Below, one piece after another: positions 22,104 through 33,186 of a DNA stretch of 64,000 bases; position 1 is the first letter of the stretch; every line of letters starts with the position of its first letter. Source of the DNA: an uncultured Actinomycetota bacterium (GTDB lineage: Bacteria > Actinomycetota > Actinomycetes > CAVWCF01). The notes beneath the pieces were generated by a model. That model ran no database searches. It was not told the DNA's origin and saw nothing but the letters and a program-made list of their open reading frames with translations. Where the stretch lies: positions 1,120,001 through 1,184,000 of the forward strand of contig CAVWCF010000001.1 of NCBI GenBank assembly GCA_963753435.1, given 5' to 3'. The position numbers and the translations under genes were made by a program.

Positions 22104-23157
22104 GTCCGTGGACCTTGGATTCCCCGCGCTGGCGGCGGTGCCCAAGACCGATGAGCCGCAGAAGGCGAAGGACTTCAAGTCCGACCAGGAAGTCCGCTGG
22201 TGCCCCGGCTGCGGGGACTACGCGATCCTCGCGGCGATGCAGGGCTTCCTGCCCGAACTGGGCCTGAAGCGCGAGAACATCGTCTTCATCTCCGGAATCG
22301 GCTGCTCCTCGCGGTTCCCGTACTACATGAACACCTACGGCATGCACTCCATCCACGGTCGGGCTCCGGCCATTGCGACCGGGCTGGCGACCGCCCGGGA
22401 GGACCTGTCGGTGTGGGTGGTGACCGGTGACGGCGATGCGCTGTCCATCGGCGGCAACCACCTGATCCACGCCCTGCGCCGCAACGTCAACTTGAAGATC
22501 CTGCTGTTCAACAACCGCATCTACGGCCTGACCAAGGGGCAGTACTCGCCGACGTCGGAGACCGGCAAGGTCACCAAGTCGACGCCGTTCGGTTCGGTGG
22601 ATGCGCCGTTCAACCCGATCTCGTTGGCCCTGGGAGCAGAAGCCTCATTCGTCGCCCGCACCATCGACTCCGACCGCAAGCACCTGACCGAGGTGCTGCG
22701 TCAGGCCGCGGCGCACCCGGGTTCAGCGCTGGTGGAGATCTACCAGAACTGCAACATCTTCAACGACGGCGCGTTCGAGGTCCTCAAGGACTCCAGCAGC
22801 TCCCCGGACTACTTGATCCGGCTTGAGCACGGTCAACCGATCACTTTCGGCGCCGACGGCGAGCGCGGCGTCACCCGTGCCGCCGACGGGACCCTGCAGG
22901 TGGTCAACGTGGTCGAGGCGGGTACGGACGCGATCCTGGTTCACGACGCCAACGCCGTCGACCCGGGCCTGCAGTTCTCCCTGTCGCGCTTGGCCGACTC
23001 GCACACGTTGACCCAGACGCCGATCGGGGTCTTCCGGTCCGTGCTGCGCCCGACGTACGACGGCGCTGTCCGCGAGCAGGTCGCCGACGCCAAGGCGAAG
23101 GCGCCGGCCGACCTCGGTGCGCTGCTTGCCGGTTCGGACACCTGGACCGTGGCGTAG
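22096..23157 (+). CDS. korB: 2-oxoacid:ferredoxin oxidoreductase beta subunit
   Basis: WCPGCGD, SGIGCSSR, GDGDALSIGGNH, YGLTKGQYSPT. Confidence 0.96.
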   Translation: MSESVDLGFPALAAVPKTDEPQKAKDFKSDQEVRWCPGCGDYAILAAMQGFLPELGLKRENIVFISGIGCSSRFPYYMNTYGMHSIHGRAPAIATGLATAREDLSVWVVTGDGDALSIGGNHLIHALRRNVNLKILLFNNRIYGLTKGQYSPTSETGKVTKSTPFGSVDAPFNPISLALGAEASFVARTIDSDRKHLTEVLRQAAAHPGSALVEIYQNCNIFNDGAFEVLKDSSSSPDYLIRLEHGQPITFGADGERGVTRAADGTLQVVNVVEAGTDAILVHDANAVDPGLQFSLSRLADSHTLTQTPIGVFRSVLRPTYDGAVREQVADAKAKAPADLGALLAGSDTWTVA

Positions 23158-23173
23158 CCGAGCCCGCCTGCCC

Positions 23174-23228
23174 ACCGCCTTGAATGCGGCTTTCTGACGA
23201 ATAGGCCGCGCCTGAGCCGTTCCATCCA
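23174..23228 (+). repeat. Dispersed ~55-bp intergenic repeat, copy 2
   Basis: ACCGCCTTGAATGCGGCTTTCTGACGAATAGGCCGCG...GCCGTTCCATCCA. Confidence 0.8.
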
Positions 23229-23268
23229 ACGGGACGGTTGACCCACGCTGCGGCCGTAGGCTCGCGCA

Positions 23269-24192
23269 ATGCCGCCAGCGTCAGTCCAAAGCCGCGGCAT
23301 CCTCTTCGGGATCGGGTGTTACAGCCTGTGGGGCCTGTTCCCCCTGTACTTCCGCGCGATAGACGACGCCTCCGCAATTGAGATCCTCGCCCATCGGGTC
23401 GTGTGGTCACTCGCCTTCGTCGCGCTGGTACTGCTCATCCTGCGGCGGTGGTCATGGATCGGGCGCCTGCGCCAAGCACCGGGCAAGGTCGCGCTCCTGA
23501 GCCTGGCCGCCGGGGTGATCGCGATCAACTGGGGCGTCTACATCTGGGCGGTGAACAGCGGCAACGTCGTCGAGGCGTCGTTGGGCTACTTCATCAATCC
23601 GCTGGTGACCGTGATGCTCGGCGTGGTCCTGCTGCGGGAACGGCTGCGCCCGGGCCAGTGGGCAGCCGTTGGTCTCGGCCTCGTCGCGGTCGTCGTTTTG
23701 ACGTTCGACTACGGCCGCCTGCCCTGGATCGCGCTGGTCCTGGCGGGCTCCTTCGGCACCTACGGACTGATCAAGAAGACGGTCGGGCTACCCGGTGTGG
23801 AGTCGCTGGCGGTGGAGACCGCCGTCCTGTTCGTTCCGTTCCTCGTCTACCTGTTCGTCTTGGGCGGCAGTGGTGAGTTGGCCTTCGCCAGTGGCGACGC
23901 CGCGCTGACGGTGGGGTTGATCGCCGCCGGCCCGATCACGGCCATCCCGCTCATCCTGTTCGGCGCAGCGGCGATCCGGGTGCCCCTGTCGACGATGGGG
24001 CTGCTGCAGTACATAACCCCCGTGATCCAGTTCCTGCTGGGCATCACGGTGTTCGGCGAGGAGATGCCGCCATCTCGCTGGATCGGCTTCGGCCTGGTGT
24101 GGCTGGCTCTGGCCGTGCTCACCGTTGAGGGCTACCGCTCCCGCCGGCGCCGGATCCGCGGTACGGCCGTGCCTACCGCCGAGCCCATCTAG
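23269..24192 (+). CDS. rarD: EamA-family transporter RarD
   Basis: WGLFPLYF, EILAHRVVWS, EASLGYFINPL, GLLQYITP. Confidence 0.93.
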   Translation: MPPASVQSRGILFGIGCYSLWGLFPLYFRAIDDASAIEILAHRVVWSLAFVALVLLILRRWSWIGRLRQAPGKVALLSLAAGVIAINWGVYIWAVNSGNVVEASLGYFINPLVTVMLGVVLLRERLRPGQWAAVGLGLVAVVVLTFDYGRLPWIALVLAGSFGTYGLIKKTVGLPGVESLAVETAVLFVPFLVYLFVLGGSGELAFASGDAALTVGLIAAGPITAIPLILFGAAAIRVPLSTMGLLQYITPVIQFLLGITVFGEEMPPSRWIGFGLVWLALAVLTVEGYRSRRRRIRGTAVPTAEPI

Positions 24193-24201
24193 GCCACCCA
24201 T

Positions 24202-24256
24202 CCGGTGAGACGGCGCAACCGCGGGCTATTCGCCAGAAAGCGGCATTCAAGGGGTT
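24202..24256 (-). repeat. Dispersed ~55-bp intergenic repeat, copy 3 (inverted)
   Basis: Reverse complement AACCCCTTGAATGCCGCTTTCTGGCGAATAGCCCGCGGTTGCGCCGTCTCACCGG. Confidence 0.8.
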
Positions 24257-24260
24257 GGGG

Positions 24261-25277
24261 CTAGGCGGTGCGGGTGGCCGCGGCGTCGGCCAGCGCCATG
24301 AGCGCCGCCTTGGCCGCGATGTCCGGCAACGGCGCCAGCGCCTCCTTCGCCGAGTCGGCCCAGTGCCGCAGGTCGGCCCGGGCCGCCTCCATCGCCTTGT
24401 TCGCGCGCAGCAACTGCAGCGCCTCGGCCACCTCGTCCTCGGCGGTCAGCGGACCGGGCAGGAGTTCCCGCAACCGGGCGTCAGCGGCGTCGGTCGAAGC
24501 CAGCGCGTGCAGAACCGGAAGCGTCGCTACCCCTTCGCGTAGGTCGGTGCCAGGCGTCTTGCCGGACTCGCCGGTGTCGCTGGCCACGTCCAACAGGTCA
24601 TCGGCCAGTTGGAAGGCAACCCCGAAGCGGCGACCGAACGCGGTCAACGCCGACACCGCCTCCGGCGGCGCTGCGGAGAGCATCGCGCCGAACTGCGCGG
24701 ACGTGGCAACCAGCGACCCGGTCTTCTCCTCCACCACCTGCAGGTAGTGCGCGAGCGGGTCGGCATCGCCGGCCCCCGCGGCCTCGCGGATCTGCCCGGT
24801 GACGAGCTCCTCGAACGTCTCCGCCTGGATCCGCACGGCCTCCGGCCCCAGGTCGGCCAGCAACTGCGAAGCCTTGGCGAACAACAAGTCCCCGGTCAGG
24901 ATGGCGATGCTGTTGCCCCAGCGGGCGTTGGCCGATTCCTCGCCACGGCGCAGCGGCGCCTCGTCCATCACGTCGTCGTGGTACAGCGTCGCCAGGTGCG
25001 TGAGTTCCACTACTACTGCGGCCGGCACCACTCCGGCTGCTTGCGGGTCGCCGAACTGCGCGGCCAGCAGTACCAACAGCGGGCGGAAGCGCTTGCCCCC
25101 GGCTTCGACCAGGTGCCGGGCGGCCTCGGCCACCACCGGGTGATCGCTGTGAACGGATGTCCGTAGCAGCTTCTCGACCGCAGCCAGGCCGTCAGCCAGG
25201 TCGGCTTCGAGCCGGTGGTCGACCGAAGCCAGACCCAGCGCCTGCAACGGATCGGCGGTCACGAAGTCCCCAGTCAC
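24261..25277 (-). CDS. Polyprenyl diphosphate synthase (menaquinone side chain)
   Basis: GGKRFRP, LYHDDVMDE (FARM), FQLADDLLD (SARM), GKTPGTDLREG. Confidence 0.93.
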   Translation of the reverse strand: MTGDFVTADPLQALGLASVDHRLEADLADGLAAVEKLLRTSVHSDHPVVAEAARHLVEAGGKRFRPLLVLLAAQFGDPQAAGVVPAAVVVELTHLATLYHDDVMDEAPLRRGEESANARWGNSIAILTGDLLFAKASQLLADLGPEAVRIQAETFEELVTGQIREAAGAGDADPLAHYLQVVEEKTGSLVATSAQFGAMLSAAPPEAVSALTAFGRRFGVAFQLADDLLDVASDTGESGKTPGTDLREGVATLPVLHALASTDAADARLRELLPGPLTAEDEVAEALQLLRANKAMEAARADLRHWADSAKEALAPLPDIAAKAALMALADAAATRTA

Positions 25278-26815
25278 AGCAGGAAGGTCGACGCGGATTC
25301 GGCCACGTCCAGGAGCGGCTGCGGGAAGAGGCCGAGCAACAGCGTCAGAGCCGCCGCCGCCGACAACGCCGCCACCGTGAAGCCGCTGGGCACCACGACC
25401 CGGGGGCCGTCAGGAGCAGGTTCGGTGAAGAACATCAGCACGATCACGCGGACGTAGAAGAACGCCGCCACCGCGCTGGCCAGAACGCCGACCACAACCA
25501 GCCACCCGATGTCGCCATCGACGGCCGCGGCGAAGACGGCGAACTTGGCGGTGAACCCGCTGGTCAACGGAATGCCGGCCGCGGCCAGCAGGAACAATCC
25601 GAACAGGCCGGCCACCAGCGGGGACCGCTTGCCCAGTCCGGCCCACTGCGACAGGTGCGTCGCTTCGCCGGCGCTGTCACGAACCAGCGTGACCACCCCG
25701 AAGGCGCCCAGGGTGCTGAACCCGTAGGCCAACAGGTAGAAGAGCACCGACGACGTGCCCTGGTTGGTGGCGGCAGAGACGCCGACCAGGATGAACCCGG
25801 CATGGGCCACCGACGAGTAGGCCAGCAGCCGCTTGATGTCGGTCTGGGTCAGCGCCACGACCGTGCCCACGACCATCGAGATGACCGCGACCAGGGCCAG
25901 CACGGGTTGCCAGTCCCAGCGAATGCCACCGAGGGCGACGTAGAAGACGCGCAGCAACGCCACAAACGCCGCGACCTTGGTGACCGACGCCATGTAGGCG
26001 GTGATCGGGGTGGGGGCGCCTTGGTAGACGTCCGGCGACCAGGAGTGGAACGGCGCCGCACCGACCTTGAAGAGGAGGCCGACGCCCATGAGCGCCGCCC
26101 CTCCGTACAGCAGGGGGTCCCGCTCGACCGTGCCGGACAGTGAGGCACCGATGGCGGCCAGGTCCAGCGAACCGGAGAAGCCGTACAGCAGCGCCGAACC
26201 GAAGAGCAGGAACGCCGAGGAGAACGCCCCGAGGATGAAGTACTTAAGGGCGGCTTCCTGGCTGATGAGCCGACGGCGCCGCGCCATGGCGGTGAGCACG
26301 TACAGCGGCAGGCTCAGCACCTCGATGGCGACAAAGAGGATCAGCAGGTCGCCGGCGGTGGCCAGCATGAGCATGCCGCCGGTTGCGAACAGCGTCAGCG
26401 GGTAGACCTCAGTAGCGGTCACACCCTTGGTGAGCACGGCACGTTCGGCTGCGCTGCCGGGGGCGATGGCCGCCTGCGGCGCGAAGGCGTCACCGCTTGG
26501 GTCCACCTCGCGTTCGGCGATCAGGGCGAGGGCCGCCAGCGTCAACGCGACGATCGTGCCCTGGGCGAACAGCGCCGGGCCGTCGGCCACCACTGAACCG
26601 CCGGCGGTCACCACATAGGCACCGGCCTGGGCCAGCACCATCACACCGGCGACTGCCACGGAACCGAACGCGAACGACAGTTGGGCGGTCCGGCGCAGCG
26701 GTCGCGGCAAGAACACCTCGGCGAGCAGGCCCAGCAGGGCCGACACCAGGACGATGACCGCGGGGCCCAGCGCCAGGTAGTCCAGCGCGGGCAGGGAAAC
26801 GTCGGCGATCCTCAT
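25274..26815 (-). CDS. nuoN: NADH-quinone oxidoreductase subunit N
   Basis: EAALKYFILGAFSS, FKVGAAPFHSWSPDVYQGAP. Confidence 0.96.
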   Translation of the reverse strand: MRIADVSLPALDYLALGPAVIVLVSALLGLLAEVFLPRPLRRTAQLSFAFGSVAVAGVMVLAQAGAYVVTAGGSVVADGPALFAQGTIVALTLAALALIAEREVDPSGDAFAPQAAIAPGSAAERAVLTKGVTATEVYPLTLFATGGMLMLATAGDLLILFVAIEVLSLPLYVLTAMARRRRLISQEAALKYFILGAFSSAFLLFGSALLYGFSGSLDLAAIGASLSGTVERDPLLYGGAALMGVGLLFKVGAAPFHSWSPDVYQGAPTPITAYMASVTKVAAFVALLRVFYVALGGIRWDWQPVLALVAVISMVVGTVVALTQTDIKRLLAYSSVAHAGFILVGVSAATNQGTSSVLFYLLAYGFSTLGAFGVVTLVRDSAGEATHLSQWAGLGKRSPLVAGLFGLFLLAAAGIPLTSGFTAKFAVFAAAVDGDIGWLVVVGVLASAVAAFFYVRVIVLMFFTEPAPDGPRVVVPSGFTVAALSAAAALTLLLGLFPQPLLDVAESASTFLL

Positions 26816-28341
26816 CGTTGGCCACCCGCCACTGGTACGACCGGCTCGGGCTGTTCGACGTCGAGATAGCTGATGGTCTGCTCCACTGCCGGGTTGATGA
26901 CGTCGAGCACCGGCTTGGGATAGAAGCCCAAACCGATGATCGCGGCGATCAGCGGCGCAACGACGATCGCCTCACGAAGGTTCAGATCCGTGAAGCCGCG
27001 CACCGCCTCAACGGCCGGACCGGTGTTGATCCGCTTGACCATGACCAGGATGTACAGCGCCGCGAGGATGATTCCGGATGTGGCGATCGCGGCGATCCAC
27101 GGGTAGCGCAAGTACGTGCCGGCCAGCACCAGGAACTCACTCACGAAGCTGCCCATGCCCGGCAGCGCCAGGCTGGACAGGCCCGCGACCAGGAACGTGC
27201 CCGCCAGGAGCGGGGCGATTCGCTGCACGCCACCGAAGTCGGCGATCAACTTGGACCCGCGTCGCGAGATCAGGAACCCGGCGATCAGGAACAGCGCGGC
27301 GGTGGAGAAGCCGTGGTTGACCATGTAGAGCGTCGAACCGGATTGGCCGACCACCGTGAACGCGAAGATGCCGAGCACGATGAAGCCGAAGTGGCTGACC
27401 GACGTGTACGCGATCAACCGCTGCATGTCGGACTGGCCGATGGCCACCAGCGCCCCGTAGATGATCCCGACCACCGCCAGCGTGATCGCCAGCGGCGCGT
27501 AGAACTCCGAGGCGTCGGGGAAGATCGGCAGCAGGTACCGCAGCATGGCGAACGTGCCGACCTTGTCGAGGATGCCGACCAAGAGCACTGCCGCCGCCGG
27601 GGTTCCTTCGGACGCCGCCGTCGGCAACCAGGTGTGTACCGGCCACAGGGGCGCCTTGACCGCGAAGGCGAAGAAGAAGCCGAGGAACAGCAACTTCTGC
27701 GTGCCTTCGTCGATGTCCAGGCCGGCGAGCGCGAAGAAGTCGAACGTGCCGCTGGGCAGTTCCTGCGCGGACACCACATAAAGGCCGATCAGCGCCGCCA
27801 GCAGCACCAAGCCACCGAGCAGGCTGTAGAGCAGGAACTTCACCGCCGCGTAGGAGCGGTGCGGCCCGCCGTACCGGCCGATCAGGAAGTACATCGGCAG
27901 CAGCATCGCTTCGAACAGCACGTAGAAGAGGAACAGGTCGGTGGCGGCGAAGACGCCGAGCACCAGGGCCTCCAGCGCCAGCATGAGCGCGAAGTACCCC
28001 TTGACGCTGCCGCGGGAGTCGTCGGCGTCGTTCCAGCCGGCCAGGATGACCACCGGGACCAGCACGGTTGTGAGCGCGAGCAGCACCAGAGCGATGCCGT
28101 CCACGCCGACGCTGAACGAAGCACCGAACGACGGGATCCAGCTGTAGCTCTCCGTGAACTGGAAGCCGCCGTTGGCGTCGTACTGCAAGGCCATGGCGAT
28201 CGTCAGGGCCAGGGGAACCAGCGAGAAGACCAACGCCAGTTGCTTGGCCCGCTGAACGGACTCGCGCGGTAGCGCGGCCAGCACCCCCGCGCCCAGCAGC
28301 GGGGTCACGATGATGGCGATCAGCCACGGGAAGTCGCTCAT
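26812..28341 (-). CDS. nuoM: NADH-quinone oxidoreductase subunit M
   Basis: [32 protein letters not shown]. Confidence 0.96.
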   Translation of the reverse strand: MSDFPWLIAIIVTPLLGAGVLAALPRESVQRAKQLALVFSLVPLALTIAMALQYDANGGFQFTESYSWIPSFGASFSVGVDGIALVLLALTTVLVPVVILAGWNDADDSRGSVKGYFALMLALEALVLGVFAATDLFLFYVLFEAMLLPMYFLIGRYGGPHRSYAAVKFLLYSLLGGLVLLAALIGLYVVSAQELPSGTFDFFALAGLDIDEGTQKLLFLGFFFAFAVKAPLWPVHTWLPTAASEGTPAAAVLLVGILDKVGTFAMLRYLLPIFPDASEFYAPLAITLAVVGIIYGALVAIGQSDMQRLIAYTSVSHFGFIVLGIFAFTVVGQSGSTLYMVNHGFSTAALFLIAGFLISRRGSKLIADFGGVQRIAPLLAGTFLVAGLSSLALPGMGSFVSEFLVLAGTYLRYPWIAAIATSGIILAALYILVMVKRINTGPAVEAVRGFTDLNLREAIVVAPLIAAIIGLGFYPKPVLDVINPAVEQTISYLDVEQPEPVVPVAGGQR

Positions 28342-30257
28342 AGCCGCACCAACACAAAGGCCACAACGAGCACCAGGGCACCGCTGAAGATGGTCAAGGC
28401 ATAACTACGGGCGAACCCGGTCTGCAGTCGGCGCATCCGGCTGCTCAGGCCGCCGAATACCGCCGCCGTTCCGTTGACCGCACCGTCGACGATCCGGTTG
28501 TCGGCGAACACCAGCGTGCGCACCGAGTACTGGCCCGGGCGCATGAACACCGCTTCGTTGAACGCATCGCCGTACAGGTCGCGACGAGCAGCAACGGTCA
28601 GCGGGGCGCCAAGCGGCGGGGTGACCGGGACTTCGCGGCGCCCGTACAAGTAGACGGCGGCCAGGACCCCGACGGCGCTCACGCCCAGCGTCAGTGCCGT
28701 GATCACCGGTATGGACAGCGGTGGATCGGGCTCGACGAATCCGGTCACCGGCTCCAGGAACTTTTCGAACCGGTTGCCGGCGTTGAGGAACCAGCCGATA
28801 CCGGCCGCGCCCACCGCCAAAACGGTCACCGGGATCAGCATCACCGCTGGGGACTCGTGGGGGTGGGCGTCGTCGCGCCAGCGGCGCGGGCCGAAGAAGG
28901 TCATCACCACGACGCGTGTCATGTAGAAGGCGGTGATGCCGGCGACGAGCACGGTCAGGATCCCCAGCACCCACGACTCGCTGAACGCCGCTTCGATGAT
29001 CTTGTCCTTGCTGAAGAAGCCCGCGAACGGCGGCACACCGATGATCGCCAGGTAACCGACGAAGAACGTTGCGAACGTCCACGGCATGGCCGAGCGCAGG
29101 CCGCCGTAGCGACGCATGTCGGTCTCGTCGTTCATGCCGTGCATTACCGACCCGGCACCGAGGAACAGATCCGCCTTGAACCAGCCGTGCGTCATCAGGT
29201 GGAAGATGGCGAAGACGTAGCCGACCGGACCCAGACCAGCAGCCAGGACCATGTAGCCGATCTGGCTCATGGTGGAGGCGGCCAGCGCCTTCTTGATGTC
29301 GTCCTTGGCCATACCGATGATCGCGCCGAAGACCAGCGTGACCGCGCCCACAATCACGACCGCCAGTTGCGCATCGGGGGCGAGGTTGAAGATCGCGGCC
29401 GACCGCACGATCAGGTAGACGCCCGCGGTCACCATCGTCGCCGCGTGGATCAGCGCCGACACGGGCGTCGGACCGGCCATCGCGTCGAGCAACCAGGACT
29501 GCAGCGGCACCTGGGCGCTCTTGCCGCACGCCGCCAGCAACAGCAGCAGGCCGATGACGGTCAGCGTCGTCTGGCTGGCCTCTTCGGCACCGGTGAAGAC
29601 CCCGGTGAAGGCGACCGTGCCGAACGTGGCGAACATGGCCATCACCGCGATGGACAGACCGAAGTCGCCGACGCGGTTCACGATGAACGCCTTGTTCGCC
29701 GCGGTGGCGTACTCCGGCTTGTGGTTCCAGAACCCGATCAGCAGGAACGACGCCAACCCGACGCCTTCCCAACCGACGTACAGGGCCAGGAAGTTGTCCG
29801 CCAGCACCAGCAGCAGCATCGCGGCGACGAAGAGGTTCAGGTAGGCGAAGAAGCGTCGCCGCTCGGGGTCCTCGGCCATGTAGCCGATCGAGTAGACGTG
29901 GATCAGGAAGCCGACCACGGTGATGAGCAGGACGAAGACCATCGACAACGGGTCCAGCAGGATCCCCGCGTCCACCTCGAACGTGCCGGCGATGACCCAT
30001 TCGTACAGCGACTGACTGATCGCCCGGTCTTCCACCGGCTGCCCGAGCATCTGGGCGAACAGCACCAGGCCCAATGCCGCCGATGCCAGGACCGTGCCGG
30101 AGCCGAGCCAGTGCCCCCAGGCATTGGTACGCCGCCCGCCGAGCAAGAGCACCGCCGCACCGGCCAGGGGCAGGGCGATCAGCAGCCAGGTGAGCGTGAA
30201 GACGCCCTCGGCCGGCGCAGCGACCAGCTGCTCGGCACCCGACAGTGCGATGGACAC
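28338..30257 (-). CDS. nuoL: NADH-quinone oxidoreductase subunit L
   Basis: [48 protein letters not shown]. Confidence 0.96.
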   Translation of the reverse strand: MSIALSGAEQLVAAPAEGVFTLTWLLIALPLAGAAVLLLGGRRTNAWGHWLGSGTVLASAALGLVLFAQMLGQPVEDRAISQSLYEWVIAGTFEVDAGILLDPLSMVFVLLITVVGFLIHVYSIGYMAEDPERRRFFAYLNLFVAAMLLLVLADNFLALYVGWEGVGLASFLLIGFWNHKPEYATAANKAFIVNRVGDFGLSIAVMAMFATFGTVAFTGVFTGAEEASQTTLTVIGLLLLLAACGKSAQVPLQSWLLDAMAGPTPVSALIHAATMVTAGVYLIVRSAAIFNLAPDAQLAVVIVGAVTLVFGAIIGMAKDDIKKALAASTMSQIGYMVLAAGLGPVGYVFAIFHLMTHGWFKADLFLGAGSVMHGMNDETDMRRYGGLRSAMPWTFATFFVGYLAIIGVPPFAGFFSKDKIIEAAFSESWVLGILTVLVAGITAFYMTRVVVMTFFGPRRWRDDAHPHESPAVMLIPVTVLAVGAAGIGWFLNAGNRFEKFLEPVTGFVEPDPPLSIPVITALTLGVSAVGVLAAVYLYGRREVPVTPPLGAPLTVAARRDLYGDAFNEAVFMRPGQYSVRTLVFADNRIVDGAVNGTAAVFGGLSSRMRRLQTGFARSYALTIFSGALVLVVAFVLVRL

Positions 30258-30267
30258 AGACTTCCCC

Positions 30268-30567
30268 TCAGTACTTCAGCAAGTTGACGTCGTCGATCGA
30301 TGCGGACCTGCGCGTGCGGAAGATCATCACGATGATCGAGAGCCCCACGACTACCTCCGCCGCGGCGACCACCATCACGAAGAACGCGAAGATCTGCCCG
30401 TCGATCGTTCCGGTGGATCGGGCAAAGGTGACCAGCGCCAGGTTGCAGGCGTTCAGCATCAACTCGATGGACATGAACGCCACGATCGCGTTGCGGCGCA
30501 GCAGCACCCCGGTCGCACCGATGGTGAAGATCAGCGCGGAGACGGTCAGATAGGCATCGGGGCTCAC
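30268..30567 (-). CDS. nuoK: NADH-quinone oxidoreductase subunit K
   Basis: [27 protein letters not shown]. Confidence 0.96.
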   Translation of the reverse strand: MSPDAYLTVSALIFTIGATGVLLRRNAIVAFMSIELMLNACNLALVTFARSTGTIDGQIFAFFVMVVAAAEVVVGLSIIVMIFRTRRSASIDDVNLLKY

Positions 30568-31319
30568 GCGTCCTCCCCCCGATCAAGACGACGCTGCAGG
30601 TCCTCCGCGTCGGTGGCGACGCTGCGCGGTTCACCAAGTTGCTCCGGCACGGACTCCGGCGAAGCGGTGCCGTCGGGCAGCAGCGCCGGCGTGTCCACGC
30701 TGTTGTGCCGGGCGAACACGCCGGGGTTGGGCAGCGGCGAGAACCGGCCGGAGCGGATGCGTCGCTCCGCCATCTCCCGTTGCGTGAGCTTGGGTTCCAG
30801 CCGCTCCCGGTACGCCAGGACCATGGCGCCAACGGCGGCGGTGACCAGCAGCGCACCGATGACTTCGAAGGCCCAGATGTAGCGACCGAAGACGGCTTCG
30901 GCGATGGCCTGCACATTGCCGCCGGCCGCGGAGTTGACCGCCTCGATGCCTACGGGCTCGCCGAGGGTGGCGCGGCTGAGCAGGCCGACCAGGAGGATCC
31001 CGAAGCCGAGTCCCAGCAGTACCCCGGCGACTCGCTGCCCGGGCAAGGTTTCGACCAGGGAGTCGGACGCGTCGACGCCGACAAGCATCAGGACGAACAG
31101 GAACAGCATCATGATCGCGCCGGTGTAGACGACGACCTGGACGACGCCGAGGAAGACCGCCCCCTGCATTACGTACAGACCAGCCAGGTTGATCATCGCC
31201 AGCGCGACCCACAGCGCCGCGTGCACGGCCTTGCGGGAGAAGAGCATCATCAGCGCCGAGCCGACGGCCAGACCCGACAACGTCCAGAACGCGACCTGGG
31301 TGCCGATGGATGCGCTCAC
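30564..31319 (-). CDS. nuoJ: NADH-quinone oxidoreductase subunit J
   Basis: [22 protein letters not shown]; actinobacterial tail [13 protein letters not shown]. Confidence 0.94.
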   Translation of the reverse strand: MSASIGTQVAFWTLSGLAVGSALMMLFSRKAVHAALWVALAMINLAGLYVMQGAVFLGVVQVVVYTGAIMMLFLFVLMLVGVDASDSLVETLPGQRVAGVLLGLGFGILLVGLLSRATLGEPVGIEAVNSAAGGNVQAIAEAVFGRYIWAFEVIGALLVTAAVGAMVLAYRERLEPKLTQREMAERRIRSGRFSPLPNPGVFARHNSVDTPALLPDGTASPESVPEQLGEPRSVATDAEDLQRRLDRGEDA

Positions 31320-31918
31320 GAGGCGGCCTCGTCGTCGGCTGCGTCGGAGTCTGTGTCGGACTCCGAGGTTTCGGGCGCGTTGTCGGTCACCCAACGCCGC
31401 TGCTCCTCCGTCGCGGAGGTGATCAGCAGGTTGTAGTAGTCCTTCTCGTCGGTGCCGGCGACCATCGGGTGCGGCGGGGCCAGCATGGAGTCGGTCAGCG
31501 GCGCCAGCAGATCGGTCTTCTCGTAGATCAGCTTCGCCCGGCTGTCATCGGCCAACTCGTAGTCGTGAATCATCGTCAGCGCACGCGTCGGGCAGGCCTC
31601 GATGCACAGGCCGCAACCGATGCAACGCAGGTAGTTGATCTGGTAGACGCGGCCGTAGCGCTCGCCGGGGCTGAATCGGCCCTCGTCGGTGTTGTCCGCG
31701 CCCTCGACGAAGATGGCGTCGGCGGGGCAAGCCCACGCACACAACTCGCAGCCGACGCACTTCTCCAGACCGTCCGGGTGCCGGTTGAGTTGGTGCCGCC
31801 CGTGGTAGCGCGGCGCCATGTCCTTCTTCTCTTCCGGGTAGAACTCCGTCGTCGGCCTACGGAACATGGCGCGGAACGTGACGCCGAAGCCCTTCACCGG
31901 GGCCAACCAGTCAGCCAC
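31316..31918 (-). CDS. nuoI: NADH-quinone oxidoreductase subunit I
   Basis: [24 protein letters not shown]. Confidence 0.96.
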   Translation of the reverse strand: MADWLAPVKGFGVTFRAMFRRPTTEFYPEEKKDMAPRYHGRHQLNRHPDGLEKCVGCELCAWACPADAIFVEGADNTDEGRFSPGERYGRVYQINYLRCIGCGLCIEACPTRALTMIHDYELADDSRAKLIYEKTDLLAPLTDSMLAPPHPMVAGTDEKDYYNLLITSATEEQRRWVTDNAPETSESDTDSDAADDEAAS

Positions 31919-33186
31919 GGGTCAACTCCTCTGCAGTCTCGTCCGCGAACGGCTCGGCATCGTCGCCCAGCGCCCCTTCGATGACGTCATCGCCCGGCAT
32001 CGGTGGGACCGGATGACTCCAGCCCGCACTTGTCGGTTCGGCATCGGCCTCGGAGTCGGTCGCGTCGGTCCGCAGGCTGCGCGCCTCGAACGCGAACGAC
32101 GCCGCCAGAGGCTCCGAGCACGACAACCGCAGCGGCGATCAGCCAGGTCTGGGTGTCCACGCCCTCCAACCGGAAGGCCCGCACGCCGGACACCAGCACG
32201 ATCCAGCCCAGGGAGACCGGGATGAGCACCTTCCAGCCCAGCGACATGAACTGGTCGTAGCGGTACCGCGGCAGCGTTCCCCGCAGCCAGATGAACAGGA
32301 ACACGAATCCGAACAACTTCAGCAGGAACCAGCCGAAGCCCAGCCAGCCACCGTCGGGCAGCCCGAACGGCGCCTGCCAGCCGCCGAGGAACAGGGTCGC
32401 CGCCAGCGCGGAAACGGTGAGCATGTTCACGTACTCGGCCAGGAAGAAGACCGCGAACTTCAGCGAGGAGTACTCGGTGTGGAATCCGCCGACCAGTTCG
32501 CCCTCGGCCTCGGGCAGGTCGAACGGCGCCCGGTTGGTCTCACCGACCATCGAGATCACGTAGATGACGAACGCCGGCGCCAGGGTGATGCCGAACCACA
32601 GGTTGGCTTGGGCGTCCACGATGCCCGAAGTGCTCATCGTGGAGGCGTACAAGAAGACGGCAACGAACGACAGCCCCATCGCGATCTCGTAGGAGATCAT
32701 CTGCGCGCTGGAGCGCAGGCTGCCCAGCAGCGGGTAGGTGGACCCGGATGCCCACCCGCCGAGCACGATTCCGTAGATGCCGATGGACGCGATCGCGACG
32801 ATGTAGAGCACGGCGACCGGGAAGTCGGTCAACTGCAGCAGGGTCGACTCCCCGAAGATGCTGACCACACCGGCCAGCGGGATCACCGCGAAAGTAAGGA
32901 AAGCCGCGATCGTGGAGATGATCGGGGCGAGGATGAATACGGCCTTGTTGGCCCCGGCCGGGACGATGTCCTCCTTGAACGCCAACTTGATGCCGTCGGC
33001 CAGACCCTGCAGCAGCCCGAAGGGGCCGACCCGGTTCGGTCCGACGCGCATCTGCATGCGGGCGACGATGCGTCGTTCCCCCCAGATGGTCAGCAGCACC
33101 GACACCACGAGGAACACGAAGACGCCGAGGGCCTTGACCAGCACCAGCCAGAACGGGTCGTCGTACAGAACAGTCAGGTCGGTCAT
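31911..33186 (-). CDS. nuoH: NADH-quinone oxidoreductase subunit H (apparent frameshift ~32110 in the tail)
   Basis: [37 protein letters not shown]; tail HPVPPMPG lies in the 31911..32126 frame, which overlaps the nuoI start. Confidence 0.92.
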
